Source of the DNA: Candidatus Omnitrophota bacterium
GTDB taxonomy: Bacteria; Omnitrophota; Gorgyraeia; Zapsychrales; Zapsychraceae
Length of the DNA: 55,334 nucleotides
Assembly (NCBI GenBank): GCA_020053475.1
Contig: JAGVNC010000099.1
Location: forward strand, 1-55,334
Direction of reading: 5' to 3'
In this document: positions 48,642 through 55,334 of the stretch, piece by piece
Numbering within the stretch: position 1 is the stretch's first letter
How the letters are laid out: each line of letters opens with the position of its first letter
Translations under genes and position numbers: made by a program
Notes under the pieces: generated by a model
What the model saw: only the letters and a program-made list of their open reading frames with translations
The model's database searches: none
Told to the model about the DNA's origin: nothing

Positions 48642-50210
48642 GTGGACAGCCAAGAATTTGATGTGCGCAATGGGCAAAGCTGGGAATGGAGCGCCGTTCC
48701 CGTCTTGGGCGAAGATTCATTCCGTCAAAAAATCCTGGAGGAATGTTCTCAGTGGGCCAGCCCCGCCGGTGGCGGGGCCAGCCCCGCCGGTGGCGGGGCC
48801 AGGCTCGTTAATCTGTTTGCTCAATTGGAAGACAGCGGGAGTATCCGGATTTTTGTGATGCTCGGGAGGGATCAAGAAGGGAAATTGCCAGTTTTTTCCA
48901 TGCGGATATCACAGGATCAGGCGTCTTTCCAATCGCTAACGCCTGAATTGCCCCAAGCTCACATGTTCGAGCGGGAAATGGCTGAACAGTTTGCCATTAC
49001 ATCTATCGGGCATCCTTGGCTGAAACCGGTGCGTTATCATCAGAATTATCGAAATGTTCCTGATTTGTGGGCGGGAATTCCTTCACGCCCGATCCCGGGG
49101 GCGTATCCATTTTATCGCGTGGGGGGAGAAGAAGCGCATGAAGTTGCTGTCGGGCCCGTTCACGCGGGGATTATTGAACCGGGGCATTTTCGGTTCCAAT
49201 GTCACGGAGAAGAGATTTTAAACCTGGAAATACAGTTGGGCTATCAACACCGAGGCATCGAGAAGATGATGGAAGATGTTTCGGCAGAAAGAGCGGTGCT
49301 CTTGGCCGAGTCGATTGCCGGAGATACCGTCATAGGGCACGCGATGGCTTATTGTAATGCCATCGAATCATTAAGCGATTGTGAAATATCGCCACGGGCA
49401 GAAGCCATTAGAGCCATCGCCCTTGAACTCGAAAGGCTCTCCAATCACGTTGGAGATTTAGGCGCCTTAAGCACCGACATCGGATTTTTACCGCCAGCGG
49501 CCTATTTCGGCAGGCTCCGGGGAGAATTTTTAAATTTATTGATGGAGTTAAGCGGGAACCGTTACGGGAGAAGCCTGTGCCGGCCCGGCGGGGTTTTATT
49601 TGATTTGGATCAACCAATGATTGAAAATTTTCGAAAGCGCCTCCTGATTGCCCGGAAAGATTTAAAAGAAATTTCTGACCTTTTCTTCACCAAATCATCC
49701 GTTCTTTCGCGGCTGGAAGGAACGGGGATCGTTTCAACCAAGATCGCTCAGGAATTGGGTCTTGTTGGCCCGGCCGCTCGTGCTTGCGGGTGTGGGCTTG
49801 ATGTTCGCACCGATTATGCCTTTGGGATGTACCGTTTTCATCACATTCCAATTTCGACAGTCCTTTCCGGAGATGTTTATGCTCGTTCACTGATTCGTTG
49901 GCTTGAGTCTCAACGATCCATAGAATTTCTTTTAGACCTGTTGACCCAGATTCCCGAAGGGGATTTACAAATCAAGGGATCGGGATTGAAACCAAATCAC
50001 ATGGCCTTGGCCATGATTGAGGGATGGCGGGGAGAAATCGTTCATGTGGCGATGACGGATTCCAATTCCCGGATCGCGCGCTACAAAATTAAAGACCCTT
50101 CTTTCAATAATTGGATGGGCCTTTCCATGGCTGTGCGCGGCGCCCAAATTTCCGATTTCCCGGTTTGCAATAAAAGTTTTAATCTGTCTTATGCCGGGCA
50201 TGATTTATGA
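48642..50210 (+). CDS. Ehr large subunit (HyfG/NuoCD-like, no NiFe-binding cysteines)
   Basis: GPVHAGIIEPGHFRF, LGYQHRG, EGWRGE, DPSF. AESIAGD and NLSYAGHDL stand where hydrogenases have CxxC. Confidence 0.88.
   Translation: MDSQEFDVRNGQSWEWSAVPVLGEDSFRQKILEECSQWASPAGGGASPAGGGARLVNLFAQLEDSGSIRIFVMLGRDQEGKLPVFSMRISQDQASFQSLTPELPQAHMFEREMAEQFAITSIGHPWLKPVRYHQNYRNVPDLWAGIPSRPIPGAYPFYRVGGEEAHEVAVGPVHAGIIEPGHFRFQCHGEEILNLEIQLGYQHRGIEKMMEDVSAERAVLLAESIAGDTVIGHAMAYCNAIESLSDCEISPRAEAIRAIALELERLSNHVGDLGALSTDIGFLPPAAYFGRLRGEFLNLLMELSGNRYGRSLCRPGGVLFDLDQPMIENFRKRLLIARKDLKEISDLFFTKSSVLSRLEGTGIVSTKIAQELGLVGPAARACGCGLDVRTDYAFGMYRFHHIPISTVLSGDVYARSLIRWLESQRSIEFLLDLLTQIPEGDLQIKGSGLKPNHMALAMIEGWRGEIVHVAMTDSNSRIARYKIKDPSFNNWMGLSMAVRGAQISDFPVCNKSFNLSYAGHDL
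48754..48802. repeat. Two tandem 21-bp palindromic units inserted in frame
   Basis: (gggccagccccgccggtggcg)x2 + gggccag, read as ASPAGGG ASPAGGG. Confidence 0.9.
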
Positions 50211-50345
50211 GCGCATAAGTTACGCGACTGTTAAGGAGTGTAACTTAGCGCGCGAGTTAACCCCGCCTCTTGCATTCTGCAAGAATGCGGCGGGGTAAAT
50301 TCGCCCAGCAAATTTATGTCACTTCGTTCCATAAACCTGGGGGCT
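50211..50345. repeat. Cluster of three REP-like hairpins between the Ehr large and small subunit genes
   Basis: taagttac/gtaactta; ccccgcc...ggcgggg enclosing gcattct/agaatgc; ccag..tttatg/cataaa..ctgg. Confidence 0.6.
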
Positions 50346-50350
50346 CATTT

Positions 50351-51106
50351 ATGTGGGGTGTAATCGTTAACCGATTTAAACAAGGGTTTAGGACGCTGTC
50401 CTATCCCAAAGAAGTTCCTGTTTTTCCGAAACGTTTTCGCGGCCGTCTGATGATCTCAGCCGCAGAAACTCAATGTTCAATCGACAAAACGAAAGATCCC
50501 TTAGGCGCGGTCGTGCCCGGGAAGAAACCGGCAGTGGATCTTGGAAAATGTTTGTTTAATGAAGAGTTTAAGGCTGTTTGTCCAGAAGGGTTGACTTATT
50601 CGCAAGATCATCGCCTGGCTGTTTCAAAAAGGGAAGATTTAATCATTCGCGATAACGAAGTCAAGCTGGCCGCCGCGCTTAATGAAAAGACAAGAAGGAT
50701 TTTCGGGAGATCACTTAAGTTGAGAGAAGTCTGTGCAGGCAGTTGTAATGGCTGCGATGCCGAAATTCAGGCGATGGGCAATGTGGTGTTTGATTTATCC
50801 CGGTTTGGGATTCAATTTGTCGCGTCTCCCCGGCATGCGGACGGGTTGATGATTACCGGCCCGGTGACAAAAAATATGGAATTGGCGTTAAAGAAAACTT
50901 ATGAGGCTGTGCCTTCTCCTAAAATTGTCATCGCGGTCGGGGCCTGTGCCATCAGCGGCGGTCCTTTCGCAGGGGGGAAGGAAGTCCATAATGGAGTTGA
51001 TGGTTTGATCCCCGTCGATTTGTACATCCCCGGTTGCCCGCCGCATCCTTTAACAATTCTTGATGGGCTGTTAAGGATATTAGATAAGTTGGAAAAAGAA
51101 AGGTGA
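50351..51106 (+). CDS. Ehr small subunit (NuoB/HyfI-like) with a degenerate N-terminal ferredoxin domain
   Basis: GSCNGCDAE, SPRHADG, AVGACAISGG, IPGCPPHP; N-terminal DLGKCLFNEEFKAVCP. Confidence 0.88.
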   Translation: MWGVIVNRFKQGFRTLSYPKEVPVFPKRFRGRLMISAAETQCSIDKTKDPLGAVVPGKKPAVDLGKCLFNEEFKAVCPEGLTYSQDHRLAVSKREDLIIRDNEVKLAAALNEKTRRIFGRSLKLREVCAGSCNGCDAEIQAMGNVVFDLSRFGIQFVASPRHADGLMITGPVTKNMELALKKTYEAVPSPKIVIAVGACAISGGPFAGGKEVHNGVDGLIPVDLYIPGCPPHPLTILDGLLRILDKLEKER

Positions 51107-51440
51107 TCATTAAGGAAAGGCTTCGCTCGTCCTCGCCAATGACACCCCCGTTTGCCTGCCGCACAATCCTTCCTTGCCAATTTTTTCGTTTTATTTTAAA
51201 ATGCCATTTCCATGAAAAGTACAGACTTTCAAAAACTTGACTTTTCCCGGTCTTCGGATTAAATTTCTATTGGTTCATCATAATGAACTTGAGTTCAAAT
51301 ATTTGAATGATCTCGATAACGCAGGCCGACGTTTTATTCCCAGTTCCTTGACGTCCACACGAGCGTGTGGTAGTATGGTGTTGCTTAAATATCCATCCCC
51401 TGGACCGCAGATTCCCCCAAACACAAGAAAGGGGAAAAGT

Positions 51441-52274
51441 ATGAATGAAATGATCCAAACCAAAATCGCAATTTTTAAGGAAAAGAAGATCCGCCGTGCT
51501 TGGGATGAAGAAAAAGAAAAATGGTTTTTCTCCATCGTCGATGTTGTTGAAGCACTGACTAGTAGCCCGAATGCAAGGAGCTACTGGAAAGTATTAAAGA
51601 ATAGGCTTAAAAAAGAAGGCAGTGAGGTGGTTACAAAATGTAACCACCTGAAGATGCAGGCAGCGGACGGTAAGTATTACCTTACAGACGCCGCTGACAC
51701 TGAAGCAATGTTCAGGATTATTCAATCGATTCCTTCCCCCAACGCTGAACCCTTTAAGCTCTGGTTGGCGCGCGTGGGTTATGAGCGGGTGGAAGAGACG
51801 ATTGATCCGGAATTAGCCATTGCGCGGGCCATGCAGACGTATTTGAAGAAGGGGTATTCACCTGATTGGGTGAATATGCGGCTTAAAAGCATTGAAATCC
51901 GTAAACTGCTTACGGATGAATGGGTCAAACGTGGAGTTAAAACCAACGATGAATTTGCCGTGCTAACGGACGAAATCTCGCTGGCCTGGGCGGGAATGAA
52001 GACCAAGGATTACAAGAAATATAAAGAATTGAAGAAAGAAAACCTGCGGGATAATATGACTAATCTCGAGCTGGTGCTTAACATGCTGGCTGAGGCCAGT
52101 ACCACGGAAATTTCGCAGGTCAAAGAGCCTAAGACATTCCCGGAGAACAAAAAGATCGCCCGGCAAGGTGGGTCCGTGGCCGGTAAAGCGAAGAAAGCGA
52201 TTGAGGCCAAAACCGGCAGAAGCGTGATTGGCAAAGAGAATCATTTGAAGAGGATACAGAATAAAAATACTTGA
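51441..52274 (+). CDS. Bro-N / phage antirepressor-like domain protein
   Basis: KIRRAWDEEKEKWFFSIVDVV, YWKVLKNRL, IQSIPSPNAEPFKLWLA, NLRDNMT; RBS aagggg. Confidence 0.8.
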   Translation: MNEMIQTKIAIFKEKKIRRAWDEEKEKWFFSIVDVVEALTSSPNARSYWKVLKNRLKKEGSEVVTKCNHLKMQAADGKYYLTDAADTEAMFRIIQSIPSPNAEPFKLWLARVGYERVEETIDPELAIARAMQTYLKKGYSPDWVNMRLKSIEIRKLLTDEWVKRGVKTNDEFAVLTDEISLAWAGMKTKDYKKYKELKKENLRDNMTNLELVLNMLAEASTTEISQVKEPKTFPENKKIARQGGSVAGKAKKAIEAKTGRSVIGKENHLKRIQNKNT

Positions 52275-52356
52275 GGGGCGCGGATTGAACTCCGTCCCTG
52301 CCTGCCCCATAATCCCTCCTTGCCAATTTTTTAGTTTTTGTTTAAAATACTGTTCC

Positions 52357-52644
52357 ATGAAAAAGCGCGGCGCAAACTATTACTGGAATGCTCGGGATAA
52401 AATCTACGCCCGACTCTCCCAATTGCCCCAAGGCACGATCAAAGAGCGCCGCATCTCTGGCCACACGTATTTTTACCTCCAACATCGGGAAGGGAAAAAG
52501 GTTGTCCACACCTACATCGGCAAAGAGCTTCCCGACAATTTAAAAAAGCAAATGCTCGAACGCCAAGCCCTGCGCGCCCAATTACAAAAAATCCAGGATG
52601 CCATGCTCAAGATCGTTGCGGAAAAAATAAAGGGCTTGGGGTAA
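52357..52644 (+). CDS. Small basic hypothetical protein
   Basis: LPQGTIKERRISGHTYFYLQHREGKKVVHTYIG plus coiled coil; TTGCCA-17-TAAAAT immediately upstream. Confidence 0.7.
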   Translation: MKKRGANYYWNARDKIYARLSQLPQGTIKERRISGHTYFYLQHREGKKVVHTYIGKELPDNLKKQMLERQALRAQLQKIQDAMLKIVAEKIKGLG

Positions 52645-52659
52645 GTAGGGAAACAGGGG

Positions 52660-52714
52660 TTTTACACTACAATTGTCGCCGCGCGGCGCGAATTGGCCTT
52701 TTACACTACAATTG
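52660..52714. repeat. 16-bp direct repeat (two copies)
   Basis: ttttacactacaattg at 52660-52675 and 52699-52714. Confidence 0.8.
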
Positions 52715-52731
52715 GGAAAAAAGCTCCAATC

Positions 52732-52760
52732 TTGACAAATGGTCAATATTGTTGTATATT
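52732..52760 (+). promoter_or_regulatory. sigma70 promoter
   Basis: TTGACA-17-TATATT. Confidence 0.65.
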
Positions 52761-52903
52761 TAAGTACAATATATTGAGTAATAACATACAACTAATTGTA
52801 TTAATTTGTACAATATTATGGAATACAGGATCAATCAAGAGGCACTGTTAACCCATTTGGCGCTTTGGGACGGCTTTTTAAAGCGCAAAGGGGGCTAAGT
52901 TAT

Positions 52904-53581
52904 ATGGCCAATCAAAAATTACTAGACAATGTCAGCAAACTGGGAGTGCCGATGATGGCCCCCGACGAACCGCTCGACGTCAACAAGACCCTGGCGGACG
53001 TGGTCAAAAGCCATGACACAAGGTTGTGGGAAAATTTTCCTGTGCTGTTGGCCAGCGCCGCCCAAAAGCAGCCTCTGGATCTTAAGAAAGTAAGCGAGCA
53101 ATTAAAGAAATCGGTCGATAAAAAGGCCCTGGGGGATCTCGTCGCGTTATCAAAAGCTGTTCATGATTATTATCATCTTCCCTGGACGGAGCTTAATAAA
53201 AGTCTGGATACATTTAAGAAATCGGCTTCGGATTTAGAGAAATCCTTCAAGCCGCTGCGCAATGCCTTGGCCCACGCGACGAATGTTCACGTTGCCCTGG
53301 TTTCCTTGTCCACCGACCGATTGAAGCGTTCCTTTGAAGATTACTTAACCCGCGTCAAGCAAGATGAGCAAAAAGAACAGGTTAAATACAAAGGGCTTTC
53401 GTTGGACTACGCCCTCTCCCAGGTGTTTTCGCCCAAGCAAAAGGAATTATTTCAAAAGAAATTAAAAGGCGAGCCGTTGACCAAGACCGAGCGCGAATAT
53501 TTCTCCCGGGCCGTGAAAAAGAAGGCCCAAGCGCTGGCCAACGACGAACTTCACGCCCTGGCAAGACAGGTAGTGGGGTAG
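52904..53581 (+). CDS. Hypothetical protein with a C-terminal HTH-like segment
   Basis: Long ORF with RBS aggggg; FSPKQKELFQKKLKGEPLTKTEREYFSR. No family assigned. Confidence 0.7.
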   Translation: MANQKLLDNVSKLGVPMMAPDEPLDVNKTLADVVKSHDTRLWENFPVLLASAAQKQPLDLKKVSEQLKKSVDKKALGDLVALSKAVHDYYHLPWTELNKSLDTFKKSASDLEKSFKPLRNALAHATNVHVALVSLSTDRLKRSFEDYLTRVKQDEQKEQVKYKGLSLDYALSQVFSPKQKELFQKKLKGEPLTKTEREYFSRAVKKKAQALANDELHALARQVVG

Positions 53582-53669
53582 GGCGGCAGGGGATTAGGTA
53601 CGTGTCCCTGGGGATACTTAATTACTTATTTATTACTTATTTCTAATATTTCGGTAATTAATAAATAAT

Positions 53670-53714
53670 TTGACAATTTTTAATTACCAATTTATACTTA
53701 ATTGGTAATTAAAA
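53670..53714 (+). promoter_or_regulatory. sigma70 promoter with a 15-bp inverted-repeat operator
   Basis: TTGACA-17-TATACT; ttttaattaccaatt / aattggtaattaaaa flank the -10 box. Confidence 0.8.
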
Positions 53715-53727
53715 GGAGCCTTTAAAG

Positions 53728-55077
53728 ATGACAATCATTGAACCGCCGCCAAATCTTAAAGATATCTGGAGCAAAGAAAATACTTTGAATCAAATTTTTA
53801 AAGTCCCCCAGATTAAGGAATTGCGGGAATTAATTCACAGGGCAAATGACAAGTACTATTATTGGTCTGAGATCAAGCACAGGATTCCCGGGGAAGTTGG
53901 GGTGAGCGCTGAAGAAGTTTGGGCCTATATTCGAATGGGCAGAAATTCTAACTCCAAAATCACTCCCCTTACAGATATAAAGGGCAAATCGTTTCAATAC
54001 TGGATCCCGGATTGTTTACATAAGGTGATCAGCGAAGTGGATAAATGGTCGGGAGGCATTATCACCACCGATCAGCCCGGCTTTCCATCCAAAGAAAAAT
54101 ACATTATCAGTTCACTCATGGATGAGGCCATTGCTTCAAGCCAATTGGAGGGAGCTTCGACGGAATATAAGGTGGCCAAGGAGCTTTTAAGGACCGGCCG
54201 AAAACCTCTTGATAAAAATGAAAAAATGATCGTCAACAACTGGGAAGCCATGCGGTTTATCCGGGACAATGCTGATCAGCATTTTTCTTTATCTAGGATC
54301 CGGGAATTGCATTCCATTCTTACGCAAGGGACATTAGAGCACCCTGAAGAATCAGGCAATTTAAGAAAAAATGATGATATCGAGGTCCGTTATCGCGGAG
54401 AAGTTGTTTTTATTCCACCCAAAGCTGATGAGGTGGAGAGCAGGCTGGTCAAGTTATTAGAGTTTGCGAATATTGATGATGAGGATAATTGGATTCATCC
54501 TGTCATCAAGGGCGCCATGATTCATTTTTGGCTGGCATATATCCATCCCTTTGCTGATGGCAATGGCCGGACGGCCCGGGCGCTTATGTATTGGTATCTG
54601 CTTAGCCGTAATTACACGCTTTTTCAATATTTATCAATTTCAAAACATTTTTTGGTTGCTCCCGGGCAGTATGTTAAAGCGTACCTTTATACAGAACACG
54701 ATGATAACGATTTGACATATTTTCTGGTATACAACTTGAATTCTATCCGGGATGCTTTAATTGAGCTTAGGAAATATCTCAAGAAAAAACAGAATGAAAT
54801 GTCCAGCGCGAATCAATTGTTGACTAACTATAGAGGCTTGAATTCTCGGCAGAAAAGCCTCGTCTATCATTCGATTCAACATCCGGATCATGTTTATACC
54901 GTTGAAGCGCATAAAAACACTCATGGGGTCGCGTATGATACAGCCAGAAAGGATTTAATGGCATTGGCCTCTAAAGGTTTTTTGAGAAAGGAAAGGGAAG
55001 GAAAGAAGCTGTTCTTGTTTTTCCCATCAGGCCGGGCCATTGAGAAATTGAGAGAAACAAAGATTCTCAATAATTAG
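53728..55077 (+). CDS. Fic family protein with C-terminal winged HTH
   Basis: HPFADGNGRTAR catalytic motif, SSQLEG inhibitory helix, C-terminal YDTARKDLMAL. Confidence 0.93.
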   Translation: MTIIEPPPNLKDIWSKENTLNQIFKVPQIKELRELIHRANDKYYYWSEIKHRIPGEVGVSAEEVWAYIRMGRNSNSKITPLTDIKGKSFQYWIPDCLHKVISEVDKWSGGIITTDQPGFPSKEKYIISSLMDEAIASSQLEGASTEYKVAKELLRTGRKPLDKNEKMIVNNWEAMRFIRDNADQHFSLSRIRELHSILTQGTLEHPEESGNLRKNDDIEVRYRGEVVFIPPKADEVESRLVKLLEFANIDDEDNWIHPVIKGAMIHFWLAYIHPFADGNGRTARALMYWYLLSRNYTLFQYLSISKHFLVAPGQYVKAYLYTEHDDNDLTYFLVYNLNSIRDALIELRKYLKKKQNEMSSANQLLTNYRGLNSRQKSLVYHSIQHPDHVYTVEAHKNTHGVAYDTARKDLMALASKGFLRKEREGKKLFLFFPSGRAIEKLRETKILNN

Positions 55078-55112
55078 GTGCAGGAGGTTCCAGTGCCCCC
55101 GGAATTACCCGA

Positions 55113-55235
55113 AGGGGCATCGACGCGCCGGAGATGGACACCCCCGAAGGGAAGAGGGCGAAGGAGTTTGTGGCGCACGAACTCGCCAAAGTCCCGTACA
55201 TTATCCTCACCAGCTTCTGGTCCGATAAATACGAC
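55113..55235 (+). pseudogene. Thermonuclease (SNase)-like gene fragment cut by an IS
   Basis: A frame not in the ORF track reads RGIDAPEMDTPEGKRAKEFV...SDKYD and ends exactly at the IS boundary. Confidence 0.65.
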
Positions 55236-55334
55236 TGATCTTCCCCCGAAAAAGTGGACACTTTGAAGAGTTGGTATTAGCATAATACCGGCTCAGAAGG
55301 AGGTGTCCGATGGTGGGAGAAAATGGCAAGAAGA
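55236..55334 (+). mobile_element. Left end of an IS3-family insertion sequence
   Basis: TGATCTTCCCCCGAAAAAGTGGACAC resembles the IS3 left inverted repeat; aggagg RBS and ATG at 55310 start a probable orfA that runs off the window. Confidence 0.75.

Noticed and set aside
43644-51106. Hydrogenase-4 / NiFe hydrogenase
   Set aside because: The large subunit lacks both Ni-binding CxxC motifs and no hyp maturation genes are present; called Ehr instead.
51237-51440. N-terminal extension of the Bro-N ORF
   Set aside because: Contains a TTGACG-17-TAGTAT promoter, and an RBS precedes ATG 51441. Similar over-extended starts were trimmed for acr3, hyfC, hyfE, the Ehr small subunit and the DHOD-like gene.
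52660-52714. Mini-CRISPR array
   Set aside because: Only two 16-bp repeats with a 23-bp spacer and no cas genes.
187-55283. Numerous 60-175 aa ORFs antisense to or nested in long genes
   Set aside because: Shadow frames of well-supported CDSs with no motifs of their own.

Overview
A mostly + strand window from a diderm anaerobic bacterium (outer-membrane beta-barrels, System II cytochrome c maturation). A PVC/Omnitrophota-like origin is only a tentative inference. Five blocks: (1) 1-18.5 kb: hemA, then one run of multiheme cytochrome genes: an MtrA/MtrB-like porin-cytochrome pair, a Rieske/cytochrome b module, ImcH-like, CbcSTU-like and a frameshifted 19-heme CbcL-like gene, plus ResB/CcsA. 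I count 55 c-heme motifs in total. (2) 21-32.5 kb: a Crp regulator with a perfect CRP box, then porin + NrfC + NrfD + a Tat-exported molybdoenzyme related to ArrA/PsrA but lacking the ArrA and ArxA signatures, TorD, tatA, a Moco riboswitch in front of tatC, moaA and MOSC genes. (3) 32.6-35.9 kb: an ars operon with a missed 50-aa vicinal-Cys protein and an in-frame TGA in the permease. (4) 36-51 kb: PFOR plus a DHOD-like gene, divergent from malic enzyme, HTH-PTS IIA and a NiFe-less Ehr (Hyf-like) complex. A c-di-AMP-riboswitch-like leader precedes this operon, and palindromic 21-bp elements are inserted in frame in two subunits. (5) 51-55.3 kb: stand-alone accessory genes (Bro-N-like, hypotheticals, Fic), a nuclease fragment and the left end of an IS3-family element. 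No tRNA, rRNA or CRISPR array was seen.
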